A stretch of 64,000 bases of DNA from an uncultured Chloroflexia bacterium (GCA_963774265.1 CAVZDU010000005.1:489671-553670), one strand, 5' to 3'. Counted from the first letter of the stretch, positions 41,746 to 51,963 are shown. The notes: a model not told the origin generated them from the sequence alone. Program-made: numbers and translations.

Positions 41746-44700
41746 ATGTACTGTGAACTGCATTGCCACTCGTATTACTCTCTTCTCGATGCCGCATCCG
41801 CACCCGAGGCGTTGGTCGAGGCCGCGGCCGCGGAAGGCGTGGCTGCGCTGGCCCTCACCGACCATGACGGTCTCTATGGGGCCGTGGCGTTCTGGCGCGC
41901 GGCGCAGGCGCGGGGCGTGCGGCCCATCATCGGTGCGGAGCTCACCCTGGCCCACGGCTCGCACCTGACTTTACTGGCAGAAACGCAGGCGGGTTACGCC
42001 AACCTTAGCCGGCTCATCAGCATCGGGCAACTGGCGGGGAGTAAGGGCAACCCCCGCCTGGCGATCGAGGACGTGGCCCGGCACGCGGGCGGGCTGCTGT
42101 GCCTGACGGGATGCCCGCAAGGCGCAGTGGCCGCGGCCGTGCTGGCCGATGACACACCGCGGGCGCGACGGGCCGCGGGCAGGCTCGCTGATATCTTCGG
42201 CCGCGATCGAACGTGGGTCGAGGTGCAGCGCCACTGGCTGCCGGACGATGCACGGTTGAATGCGGGGCTGGTTGCGGTCGCGCAGGGGACCGGCCTGCCC
42301 GTGGTGGCGACGAACGACGTTCATTACGCGGCGCCGGAGGGCCATCGACTGCGCGAAGTGCTGACTGCCACCCGTCTCAACTGTTCCCTGGGCGAGCTGG
42401 TTGCGCGGCTGCCGCCGGGCCTTGTGGCCGCGCAAGCCTCAACCGAGTTTTATCTCAAGAGCGAGGCCGAGATGGCCGCCCTCTTTGCCGACCTGCCCCA
42501 CGCCATCACGGAGACGCAGGCGATTGCCGAGCGCTGCAGCGTCGACCTTGATTTTTCACAGCGGCGCACACCCGCCTTTCCCCCTCAAACCGCGGACTTC
42601 ACCGCCGGGCTCCCCGCCGGCGAAACGCCGTTCAGCTATTTGTACCGGCTCAGCCATGCCGGGTTGACCGAGCGATCCGAAGGATCGCAGTATCGCCCGG
42701 TCACCCCGGCCGCCCTGCGCCAACTCAGCCACGAATTGACGGTGATCGAGAACGCGGGACTGGCTGATTACTTTCTGATCGTATGGGATATCGTCCGGTT
42801 TGCGCGCTCGCAAAACATCCGGTGCCAGGGCCGCGGCAGCGCCGCCAATTCGGTGGTGGCATACGTCCTGGGCATCACGCCGGTCGATCCCCTGCAGTAC
42901 GATCTCCTCTTTGAACGATTCCTGAGCGACCGGCACGACACCACTCCTGACATCGATCTGGATTTCGCGTCCGACCGGCGGGACGAGGTGGTGGCGTATA
43001 TTTACGAGCGCTACGGCGTCGAGCATGCGGCCATGGTGTGCAATGTCAACACCTATCAATGGCGCAGCGCGGTGCGCGATGCGGCGCGCGCATTGGGGTA
43101 CCAGCCGGAGGATGTAGACCGGATTGCTGAGTGGGCGCGCGAGAACCGGCCGAAGGACGCACAGGTGAAGGAAGAAGGAAAAAGGAAAAAGGAAAATCTT
43201 CCCTCTTCCCTCTTCCCTCTTCCTTTTCGTTCGGCGCTAGTGCTGGAGTTGGCGGCGCAATTGATCGACACGCCGCGGCACCTCTCCGTGCACGTCGGCG
43301 GGATGTTGATCACTGCGCAGCCGCTGGTGGAGATCGTGCCGCTGGAACGGGCCACCAAAGAAGGGATCGTCGTCGCGCAATGGAACAAAGACAGCGTCGA
43401 GGACGCGGGACTCATCAAAATCGATCTGCTTTGCCTGCGGACATTGGATGCCATCAGCGAAGCTTGCGCGTTGATTGCGCAGCGCAGCGGGTCTGCGCCG
43501 GATTTGGCCGCACTGCCGTTGGACGATCCCGCGGTCTATCGCCTCCTGGCCGCGGGCGACACCATCGGCGCGTTTCAGGTCGAAAGTCGCGCCCAGGCCC
43601 AGATGCTGCCGCGACTGAAACCAGCACGCTTCGAAGACCTGATCATCCAGGTGAGCATTGTCCGGCCCGGGCCCATTCAAGGCGGCATGGTGCATCCATA
43701 CCTGCGCCGGCGGCAGGGGCTGGAGCCTGTGACTTACCTCCATCCCAGCCTGGAGCCGGTTTTGCGCGAGACCCTGGGCGTGATCCTTTTTCAGGAACAG
43801 GTCTTGCGCGTGGCAATGGTGCTGGCCAGGTTCACGCCCGGCGAGGCGGATCTGCTGCGCCGCGCGATGAGCCGGAGCCGGTCCGCGCAAGCGATGGCCG
43901 AATTGCAGGAACGGTTTTTGGCCGGCGCGGTGGCGAACGGTGTTGCACCGGCGGTCGCCCAGGAAGTCTTCCGCCAGCTTCAGGGTTTCGCCACCTACGG
44001 GTTCTGCAAGTCGCACGCAGCGAGTTTTGCGCTCATCGCCTATCAGACGCTGTGGCTCAAGGCACATCACCCGCTCGAATACACCTGTGCGCTGCTGAAT
44101 CACCAGCCCATGGGCTTTTACGCGCCTGAAGTGGTTATGGGCGACGCGCAGCGGCACGGCATCAAGATCATGCGGCCGAACGTCAATCTGAGCCTGGATG
44201 CCTGCACCATCGAGGCAGGTTCGCTGCGATTGGGATTGCGCTATCTGCATGGGCTTGGGGAAGCGGGGTGCGGTCGCGTGCTGGCCGCGCGATCCCTGGA
44301 TCGCCGCGGCGACCACGGGTCGTGCGACCACGAGTCGTGCGACCACGAGTCGTGCGACCAACCGTTTACCTCGTTGACCGACTTCTGCCGGCGCACGCGG
44401 CTGCCGCGCACACTGATCGGCGACCTGATCCGGGCCGGTGCATTGGACGGGCTCAGCACCCAAAAGGGAGACGGCACGCCCACCAAACGGAACGTGAATG
44501 CCTGCGAAGTGGGCAGTGAAGCAGTGGGCAGCGGCCAGGAGCCGCAGCCGGCCCGCCGGCAGATGCTGTGGCTGCTGGGCGATGTGCAGTACGACGAAGA
44601 GCAACTTGTCGAAGTTCCCCCCCTCGAAGCGGACCTGCCACCCCTGAGCGAAGCGGAGGCGCTGGCCTGGGACTACGAACTCATGGGCGTGTCGCCGCGA

Positions 44701-45069
44701 TCCGGCACAGGATCGCTGGATCACCCCATGCGGCTCATGCGGGCGACTCTTGAGTCGCTGCGGGGCCGGGGCGTGCTCACTGCCGCGGAACTGGCGCGGC
44801 GGCCGGCCGGGCAATTGGTCGTCGTCGCAGGGCTGGTCATCGTGCGGCAGGCGCCGCCGACCGCGAAGGGACACTTGTTCATCACGCTGGAAGACGAGTC
44901 CGGCCTGGCGAACCTCATCATCCGGCCCGACCTGTATGAGCGAAAGCGCGCCGTCCTGCACCGAGCGTCCGCGCTCATTGTTCGGGGCGTGACGCAGCGG
45001 GATGGGGGGGCGAGCAGCCTGCTGGTGCGGGACGTTGCGGCGCTGGAGAGCGGGAGCGGCTTCGTATGA
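41746..45069 (+). CDS. dnaE2: Error-prone DNA polymerase DnaE2 (ImuC)
   Basis: ELHCHSYYSLLD PHP, GRGSAANS, PDIDLDF, PRHLSVHVGG, FQVESRAQ, YGFCKSHAASFA, QPMGFY, RQAPPTAKG. Confidence 0.96.
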   Translation: MYCELHCHSYYSLLDAASAPEALVEAAAAEGVAALALTDHDGLYGAVAFWRAAQARGVRPIIGAELTLAHGSHLTLLAETQAGYANLSRLISIGQLAGSKGNPRLAIEDVARHAGGLLCLTGCPQGAVAAAVLADDTPRARRAAGRLADIFGRDRTWVEVQRHWLPDDARLNAGLVAVAQGTGLPVVATNDVHYAAPEGHRLREVLTATRLNCSLGELVARLPPGLVAAQASTEFYLKSEAEMAALFADLPHAITETQAIAERCSVDLDFSQRRTPAFPPQTADFTAGLPAGETPFSYLYRLSHAGLTERSEGSQYRPVTPAALRQLSHELTVIENAGLADYFLIVWDIVRFARSQNIRCQGRGSAANSVVAYVLGITPVDPLQYDLLFERFLSDRHDTTPDIDLDFASDRRDEVVAYIYERYGVEHAAMVCNVNTYQWRSAVRDAARALGYQPEDVDRIAEWARENRPKDAQVKEEGKRKKENLPSSLFPLPFRSALVLELAAQLIDTPRHLSVHVGGMLITAQPLVEIVPLERATKEGIVVAQWNKDSVEDAGLIKIDLLCLRTLDAISEACALIAQRSGSAPDLAALPLDDPAVYRLLAAGDTIGAFQVESRAQAQMLPRLKPARFEDLIIQVSIVRPGPIQGGMVHPYLRRRQGLEPVTYLHPSLEPVLRETLGVILFQEQVLRVAMVLARFTPGEADLLRRAMSRSRSAQAMAELQERFLAGAVANGVAPAVAQEVFRQLQGFATYGFCKSHAASFALIAYQTLWLKAHHPLEYTCALLNHQPMGFYAPEVVMGDAQRHGIKIMRPNVNLSLDACTIEAGSLRLGLRYLHGLGEAGCGRVLAARSLDRRGDHGSCDHESCDHESCDQPFTSLTDFCRRTRLPRTLIGDLIRAGALDGLSTQKGDGTPTKRNVNACEVGSEAVGSGQEPQPARRQMLWLLGDVQYDEEQLVEVPPLEADLPPLSEAEALAWDYELMGVSPRSGTGSLDHPMRLMRATLESLRGRGVLTAAELARRPAGQLVVVAGLVIVRQAPPTAKGHLFITLEDESGLANLIIRPDLYERKRAVLHRASALIVRGVTQRDGGASSLLVRDVAALESGSGFV
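43167..43228. repeat. Inverted heptamer array (GGAA(A/G)AA)n / (TCTTCCC)n inside dnaE2
   Basis: Direct reading; encodes KEEGKRKKENLPSSLFPLPF. Confidence 0.85.
44311..44360. repeat. 15-bp tandem repeat GACCACGAGTCGTGC x3 inside dnaE2
   Basis: Encodes DHGSC-DHESC-DHESC. Confidence 0.9.
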
Positions 45070-45280
45070 CACGTCGACCGGGCGCCTCGCCCACAGGGCG
45101 TGCAGCTTACGTCTGGTCAATGTCACCCGCGAAGACGCGCTGGAACGGCCCGATGAACCTCTTTGCCGTCGACCAATCCAGGATTGCAAAGATCACCTGG
45201 CTACCTGAAGGTTTCCATTGCTTGCACTCTCCGTGTATCCTGATTATCCCTATGGCACCGTGCCGGTCTGTGCGCGAACT

Positions 45281-46963
45281 CTACCTGACCACGATGAAGA
45301 AGCAGTTGAAATAGGCCGTGTCAGGCTTGAGCTCCCAGGTCCCCAGGAAGGGGGTCACGCTGCGGTCGTCCACGCGCGCCACCACCTGGCTGCTGCCTGG
45401 CTTCAGGCGGATCGTCCTCTTCGGGCGGCCCTCCTCCTGACAAGAGCTTGGGCCGACGCTATAGTGCTTGCAGCTCGAGCAAGCTTCGATCGTGATCGAT
45501 GTGGAGCTGGGCGAGCCGACAAGCACCGTGAGCACGTGCGGTGTGTCGTTGACGATCGTCACCTCGGTCTCCCCGCCCGCCGACACCCCGCCCATGTCAC
45601 CCGGTTGTGGCAGCGCACCGTGCGTCCCTTTGGCAACCGCGGCGATTTGTTCGTCGATGGTGAGCGTCGCCTTGGGGACGACCGGTTTGCTCGTGGCGGC
45701 TGGGGTGGGAGGCTTGGGGATATTCTGCGCCTCTGCAATGCCGCTCACCGGCACATCCAACTTGACCAGCGAAGCCGCAACCCAGCCCTTCTTCCCGTCG
45801 GCCAGGGTCACCGCCAGCCAGTCGCCGGTCTTGGTCCGGCCGGTGACCCCCACCTGATCTCCCTTACGCAGTACGCCGATCTTCGGGTAGTTGGTGCCTG
45901 GCCCAGTCCGCACGTTGAGCACATCAGTGGTGACGACAGCACGCGGCGAACTGGCGGTGACGGTGGTGGCGCGCGTGGCCGAAGGGCCGGGCGTTGAGGT
46001 AGCCGTGTCTGTCGCCTGCGAAAGCACCGTCTGTGCCCGAGAACCTGCAGTCCAGTCCGGCTGGACGCCGGTGATCCCGCTCAGCAGCTGCTGCGCCCCG
46101 GAGCCGTCGGCATTCATCACCCAGAGACCCTGGCTGGAACCCTCTGAGTTCTCGGTGAAGGCATCGTAGACGATCATCTTCCCGTCGGGTGACCACGCGG
46201 GATTCGCTTCGCTACCGGGTTGAGCGAGCGCGTGCAGGCCGCTCCCGTCCGCGTCGAAGATGTACAGATCCTCCGGCAGTTCTTCGCCCCCTTGTGTACC
46301 GCAGCACCAGTCGCCAGCCAGGATCTTCTTGCCGTCGGGCGACCAGGCGAACGCCTGGAACCGCCACGGCGGCTCAAGGAGCGTCCGCGACTCGCCGCTC
46401 TCCACATCGAAGAGACAGACCTCGGAGGACGAGAAGGCCGTGCAGTCGAAGACGATCTGGGTCCCGTCCGGCGACCAGGCATAGGCACCAGAAAAACTGT
46501 TCTTCCAATTAGGGCTGGAGAGTGCCAGCACGCGCACACCCGAGCCGTCGGGACGCATCACGGCAAGCTTCCCCGCGGCGAAGAAGGAGATGTTCCCGTC
46601 GGGTAGCCACGCCGGTCGCGAGGGCCACAAGGAACCATCGCTAGTCTCGGGGGTCAGGAAGGCACCGCCACTGCCGTCGCTCTTGACGACGGCGAGCTGC
46701 CATTTGTCGGTGATGTAGGCGATCTGCGTGCCATCGGGCGACCAGACCGGATAGGATTGATTGACGAAGCCAGCCCCCGCCAGCCGGCGCGTCCCCTGGG
46801 CATCGAGCAGGTAGATGTCGGCGTACTTGCCCCCCTTGTGCGGCGAAGCGAAGACGATGGAGCCGTCGATCGCAACGGCCGGCTTCCCAGCCCCCGAGTC
46901 GCTGCAGCCCGAAATTGCGGCAACGACGAGGATCACCAACGGAATCATCTTGATTGGATTCAT
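45281..46963 (-). CDS. Lipoprotein: TolB-like PD40 beta-propeller + SH3b + C-terminal domain
   Basis: ISGC lipobox, repeated WSPDG, LNVRTGPGTNY..GWVAA. Confidence 0.88.
   Translation of the reverse strand: MNPIKMIPLVILVVAAISGCSDSGAGKPAVAIDGSIVFASPHKGGKYADIYLLDAQGTRRLAGAGFVNQSYPVWSPDGTQIAYITDKWQLAVVKSDGSGGAFLTPETSDGSLWPSRPAWLPDGNISFFAAGKLAVMRPDGSGVRVLALSSPNWKNSFSGAYAWSPDGTQIVFDCTAFSSSEVCLFDVESGESRTLLEPPWRFQAFAWSPDGKKILAGDWCCGTQGGEELPEDLYIFDADGSGLHALAQPGSEANPAWSPDGKMIVYDAFTENSEGSSQGLWVMNADGSGAQQLLSGITGVQPDWTAGSRAQTVLSQATDTATSTPGPSATRATTVTASSPRAVVTTDVLNVRTGPGTNYPKIGVLRKGDQVGVTGRTKTGDWLAVTLADGKKGWVAASLVKLDVPVSGIAEAQNIPKPPTPAATSKPVVPKATLTIDEQIAAVAKGTHGALPQPGDMGGVSAGGETEVTIVNDTPHVLTVLVGSPSSTSITIEACSSCKHYSVGPSSCQEEGRPKRTIRLKPGSSQVVARVDDRSVTPFLGTWELKPDTAYFNCFFIVVR
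45746..46044. repeat. ~300-bp linker+SH3b module, copy 1
   Basis: High nucleotide similarity to 52126-52424. Confidence 0.9.
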
Positions 46964-48180
46964 TTCAAGCTCCCTTCTTTGCCTTGCAACTCGTCCGGAT
47001 TGTCGCACATTCTCGGTCATACCCAGTGGCGCCGCGAGCGCTACAGTCACGGCTTGACCAGCTGGCCGCCAAGCGCCTCGCGACCAGAGTGGCCAGGCTG
47101 AGGAGCCGTGGCCGCGCGATCCTCATGACAGCGTGCCGCGCAACGATGCGTCTCACTATCTACGTAGAAGGCTCACGGCGACGATGGCGATCACGCACAC
47201 CAACGCGAACCCCAGGTAGGTAAGTATCGGTCTCTTCGAGCGATCCCACGGCGAATACACGCCGAGGAACGAGCCAAGCAAGCCCACGTAGGTCGCGGCC
47301 CACAGGAGGATCAGATCGTACTCAAGCGATGCGCCCGAAGCGGCGCCCCCTTCGAAGTAGAACATCGCGTTCAGCGCGGGGGGCTCACGGCAACGGCGAG
47401 TGCCAGGAGATGCAACACCCACACCAGACGAGCACGCAGGGGCGGCCGGTCGGGGGCCAGTGACTTCCCCCGTCGCAGCAGGCTGGATAGGGCGAGGAAG
47501 ACGATCGTCAAACCCGCGACGCACAGCCCGCTGATGAGCGTCGCCAACCCTGTGAAGAACGGAAGGGAACCACCTCCAGGGTGAGTGAAGAAGCCCGGGA
47601 TGATAAGGACGTTGTTGCCGGAATCGCGCTGGAGCTCGTAGAGGTCCCACCCGCTCCACGTGCGGCCGGCTTCGGACCCCAGCCAGGGCATGAACGAGGC
47701 CGCGATCATCAGTCCGCTGGCCAGGAGAGCGATCGCGCCCGCGATCAGCACGCACCTCCTCCAGTTCGGCTTTGTCGCCGCTGGGATGGTGACCGCCGTG
47801 GCCTCGTAGGTGCCGCCTGTGCGAGACCTTGACGGCCAGGGTGTCGGGGAAGATCGGGGACTCCTGAATCTGCTCCTGAGCGCCCGCCGGTGCCGCGCTG
47901 CTCCTCTCGTCGGTCCCGTTGATCAACAGCTTGCCTTTGGGTCTCGCAACTAAATAGACCAGAATCCCAAAGACGCCGAACAGAAGTACGATCACGAACC
48001 AGCACCCTGCCCTGGCTCCCCGCTTTTTGGCCTCCTTGATGACCCAGACGAGGAGAGCGATGTTAATCGCCAGTGCAACGATTCCAACCGCAATGCCACA
48101 GAGGGCCACAGCGACATCGGTGTCTTCGCTCTGCGCAAAAACAGTCGTGGGCAGCAGAAGGGATAGCATAGCCGCCATCC

Positions 48181-49995
48181 CTAGCGTAAGTTTTGTGCAA
48201 TCAGAGCCGGAGTCATGGAAATCGGCTCGAAATGACAACTTTGGAAGAGCGGCAGGCTGAGCTGGACGACCCAGCTGCCGACCTGAATGATGCGACCGGC
48301 ATAGAGACTATCATCCGAGAACCTTAACAAGCAACCGTTGGGTAGCCACTGGACACTGGCAGGCGTGTGAGCAGCAACCTGGACCAGCGTTTTGATGCTC
48401 GCTGTGACCGGTACGAGCCACTGGTTAGGCACTTGTCCGCAGTCATGGCACAACCAATGGGCGGCCCAGCGCAGGAAGTTGGCCGCAAAGGCGGCGAACT
48501 GTTCTTGCAGCCAGAGCGCCGGTAGGGAACGCACCTTGAGATGGTGCATCTGGAACACGCCCTTACCTTCCTTGATGCCCGCCTCGACCGTCTGGCGACC
48601 ATTGTAGAAGGCAAACCAGCCACCCAGATCTTTGGTGACAGCGTCCGACCCGAAGTGTAGGAGCGCGCCGTACCGCTCGGTCTTGCCTGTATAGAAGTGC
48701 TCAAGGGCAACATCGACCGGGTAGGGGTTGCCCTTGAAGAGCACGCCAGACCAGGCGATCATCTCGGCATTGGCACCTACGCGCACCCAGGGCGTCGTAT
48801 CCTCGATCCTATGCAGCAAACTGGCCTTGACCTTCTGACTGTAGGGTCGGGTGTAGACCTCGTAGCCCAGTTCGATCAAGCGGGCGACGTTTTCCCAGGT
48901 GCCGAACCCGGCATCCAATCGAAAGACGGCATGGATGGGGGCCGGATTGGCAGCATTCTCCCGGTTGAAGTCGTCAAGCCGCTGGCCTAAGGTCCGCTCC
49001 ATAGCCCGTAAGGCCGCGAACCGCACCTGCTCACGCGCGACGCTACGCTGAGCCTGCAGAAAGCGCTGCTGCTGGCGCTGCAAGCGGCGTTCGCAGGCGG
49101 CGAGATGCGCCCGAGCCTGTGCCAGACGGCAATGCGGTCGCCCCTTGCGCTGCGCGGCCTGCTCGCTGGCGGCCATCAGGCCAGTCAAGGCGGCATTCGC
49201 CTGACCTACCTGCTCGCTGCGAGCCTGCATCAACGCCTGTGCTGCGCTGAACGCCTGGCAGCGTTGCTGAAGGCGCTGCTCAACCAGCGCCCGCTCTTGG
49301 CTCACGGCGTGCAGGCGCTGGCCCAGTAATTCGGTACGCCGTCGGGGACGCACCCCGGTCTGGCCTTCTGCAGCCAGCACCATCTCTTCGGCTACTTGAC
49401 AGGAAAGCACGTTGCCTGGATGCGGCTTGACTGAGAGCCACAGTCGACCATAGGTCGGGCTCTTTAGGCTGACGACAGCCGCTTGGTAGCCGAGGCGTAC
49501 CGCATCGTCCATGTGGCCAAAGGCAGCCCCGGGGTAGCTCGTGCTGGTATTGGAGACGGGTCGGCCGGTAAGATCGCCGTCGTAAATGAGCCGGCCCTCC
49601 TGGAGCAGCGCCTGCGCCACCTGATCGTCAATGAAGGGATGGCTGATTTGGCTTAAGGCAGCGGCGATCCGTTCCGCTTCCGGTTGAGTGAGCGCCTGTA
49701 AGGTCCGCCCAACGCCACTGTAGTCGGCCCAGCCGTCCTGCTGCCAGGCAGTCGCCACAACCAGGTCTTGGTCCAACGGCCGCGCATCGCGACTGATGTC
49801 CTCGAGATGCGGCAGGCCAGCCAGAATCGCCACCAGGAACTCGACCACCTTGGTTTGTGGCTGATGCGTGCGGGTCTTCTGATGCAGAGATGCCGCCATC
49901 AGGACCTGAATGAGCCCGAGATGCTGGGCGTACTGGCCCAGAAGTACCAAGAGCGCATGCTCCGTATGGCTCGGTTGAGTGGCGACTTCACGCAT
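48181..49995 (-). CDS. DDE transposase, IS1380-like, with coiled-coil insertion
   Basis: YDGDLTG (D1), RLDAGFG (D2), YNGRQTVEAGIKEGK (E); AGGAGG RBS before ATG 49995. Confidence 0.85.
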   Translation of the reverse strand: MREVATQPSHTEHALLVLLGQYAQHLGLIQVLMAASLHQKTRTHQPQTKVVEFLVAILAGLPHLEDISRDARPLDQDLVVATAWQQDGWADYSGVGRTLQALTQPEAERIAAALSQISHPFIDDQVAQALLQEGRLIYDGDLTGRPVSNTSTSYPGAAFGHMDDAVRLGYQAAVVSLKSPTYGRLWLSVKPHPGNVLSCQVAEEMVLAAEGQTGVRPRRRTELLGQRLHAVSQERALVEQRLQQRCQAFSAAQALMQARSEQVGQANAALTGLMAASEQAAQRKGRPHCRLAQARAHLAACERRLQRQQQRFLQAQRSVAREQVRFAALRAMERTLGQRLDDFNRENAANPAPIHAVFRLDAGFGTWENVARLIELGYEVYTRPYSQKVKASLLHRIEDTTPWVRVGANAEMIAWSGVLFKGNPYPVDVALEHFYTGKTERYGALLHFGSDAVTKDLGGWFAFYNGRQTVEAGIKEGKGVFQMHHLKVRSLPALWLQEQFAAFAANFLRWAAHWLCHDCGQVPNQWLVPVTASIKTLVQVAAHTPASVQWLPNGCLLRFSDDSLYAGRIIQVGSWVVQLSLPLFQSCHFEPISMTPALIAQNLR

Positions 49996-50120
49996 GGCGG
50001 ATTCCTCCTTAACTGAGCGGAGATTCGCCCCGAGCATAACGGTTGCCTGTCGATTATAAAAGTTCGAATTTCGGGCCGTTTTCTATGATTCGACCGCTGA
50101 TTGCACAAAACCTGCGCTAG
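48181..50120 (-). mobile_element. IS1380-like insertion sequence with ~60-bp imperfect TIRs, CTAG at both ends
   Basis: Left CTAGCGTAAGTTTTGTGCAATCAG...CGAAATGACAACT versus right (reverse complement) CTAGCGCAGGTTTTGTGCAATCAG...CGAAATTCGAACT. Confidence 0.9.
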
Positions 50121-50391
50121 TACACTGGCAACTGTATTAACTGGGCGTTTCATCGGTCTCCCCTTTGCTGCTGATACTGTTTGCGAAATATGTGTACTGT
50201 CAGGCATCGTGTTGCACAGTAACACGGTCAAGATGGGCTGCCGGTCCCCTATCCTCCAGGAACAGGTTGCCGGTGTCGATGGCTGTCCGTCGTCTGGGCC
50301 GAGCACTCATCCCAGTGGCAAGAGCTACTTGCCCAGCTCTTGTAAGGTACGATCCATCAGAGTACACGTAATTCTCCATACAGCGATTCTG

Positions 50392-51936
50392 CTACTTGTT
50401 GTTGCGTCCCTCCGATATGATGCTCGTACTGCCGTCTTCTACCACGATGTTATGGTCCAAGTCTCGGGACGAGAGCGACGAGGATCCAGCAGGCGTGGTA
50501 ACCTGCCAAGTCTCGGAATCAGTGCCAATGGCATAGTCATTTCGCGCCGAAACCCACCACTGGTAGGTGGTATTGGCACTCAACCAAACTGTGGACCCTG
50601 TGTCATTCACCCAGTCATAATCGTACCCCTGTTGGCCAACCCCCCGCCAATGCGTCAGATACTCTACTGCGCCAGACACAGACGACCATTGCAGAGTTAC
50701 TGTCGTGGTTGACGCTGTACTTCCGTTGGCAGGGGCAACCAGGGTAGGGGCGGGCAGGATAGTTCCTCCTGAGCCCGTAGTGAAAGACCACACTTCCGAA
50801 TATGGTCCTTGGATGTCACCGCACACTAGCCAGGCTCGCCAGTAGTAAGTCGTGGCGGGGTCAAGGTTTTGCGAGAAGCGGTGTTCTCTCACTCCGGGGT
50901 GAGGCGTTGAGGACCACAAGTCACCAGCAACGTGCGTGAAACCAGAGTCCTCGGCTACCTGCAAACGCAATGTGGTTGCGCTCGGGTTGTTGCCATTATC
51001 CCACCTATATAGGGGTGCAATAGTGTTCAGACTGCTTCCATTGGTAGGGCTAAGAAGTGTGGGAATTGTTGAGCAGCCCCCGGGCGGCTGCACGATCACC
51101 GATGCCACGTTACTCCACCCGCTCGCACCCCAGGTGTTGCTCGCCTGCACTCGATAGTAGTAGGTGCCAGCCGCCCTGCCGGTGGCGGTCCAGGAAGTGC
51201 TGGAGCCCGAATAGCGCGCCTCCGGGCTCGGGAATGCAGCATTGTCGTCCTCTTGAAGGAGATAGCCGGTGGCGTTGGCTGACGCGCTCCACGATACGGT
51301 GTAGTTGCCATCCCCGTCCGAGTTCTCGATGGCGTTCAGCACCGGCGCTGCCGGAAAGGGTGGGAAGCCTTTCAGCGCTAGCGGCAGGTATACCGTGCTA
51401 AGAGGCGGATCAACTCGTTCAACTATTCCTCGCTGCCCACCGTCAGGGGGCACGTCATTCCAATAGTCTCCAAAGCTACCGCTACCTACGTCTGTCTGCC
51501 AATTCATTACAGCGGCATCCTCGCAACCCGGGTATTCCGTACAGAAGCAGCAATTGTTTGGCTCCTCTTGCTCCCAGTTCGTGTAAGTGACCGGTGCCCC
51601 ACTTGACCAGACCCAATTGCCCTCGTCTGCGATGTCATTAAAGCCTATATAGAAATGCTCGAGCCTGCCGAAGGTATCCTTGACCCAAAGCTCCTCTTCT
51701 GAGTTGTCAAGGGTCACAAGATGACCACCCCAAGCTACCGCCTGAGTCTCTGCATCAAACCAACTCATTGGATCTGTAGGCCGGTAATGGTGACCATTGG
51801 CAGGATTGAAAAACCAAGACCCTCCTTGAGCCAATGCGACTCCTGACTTAGCCGAACCCAACGCCAACAGAGCGACAACGATCATTGTCATAGTCAATGA
51901 GAGCGCAGTGAGTTTTGAGTTGAATTTTATGTTCAT
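50392..51936 (-). CDS. Secreted C-type lectin + fibronectin-III-like repeat protein
   Basis: Signal peptide; NGHHY..MSWFDAE..GGHLVT..YTNW..EPNN..WND; YYYRVQA, TYYWR, TYQWWV. Confidence 0.85.
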   Translation of the reverse strand: MNIKFNSKLTALSLTMTMIVVALLALGSAKSGVALAQGGSWFFNPANGHHYRPTDPMSWFDAETQAVAWGGHLVTLDNSEEELWVKDTFGRLEHFYIGFNDIADEGNWVWSSGAPVTYTNWEQEEPNNCCFCTEYPGCEDAAVMNWQTDVGSGSFGDYWNDVPPDGGQRGIVERVDPPLSTVYLPLALKGFPPFPAAPVLNAIENSDGDGNYTVSWSASANATGYLLQEDDNAAFPSPEARYSGSSTSWTATGRAAGTYYYRVQASNTWGASGWSNVASVIVQPPGGCSTIPTLLSPTNGSSLNTIAPLYRWDNGNNPSATTLRLQVAEDSGFTHVAGDLWSSTPHPGVREHRFSQNLDPATTYYWRAWLVCGDIQGPYSEVWSFTTGSGGTILPAPTLVAPANGSTASTTTVTLQWSSVSGAVEYLTHWRGVGQQGYDYDWVNDTGSTVWLSANTTYQWWVSARNDYAIGTDSETWQVTTPAGSSSLSSRDLDHNIVVEDGSTSIISEGRNNK

Positions 51937-51963
51937 TGTACCCTCCCAATTGTGCAATGTAAG

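Larger units (their letters stand above)
47156..50153 (-). pseudogene. Multi-TM membrane protein interrupted by an IS in its signal peptide (also frameshifted)
   Basis: Removing the IS and one CTAG restores MKRPVNTVASVLGMAAMLSLLLPTTVFAQS from ATG 50153 (GGGGAG RBS); PLDc_N-like WFVIVLLFGVFGILVYLVARP. Confidence 0.8.
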
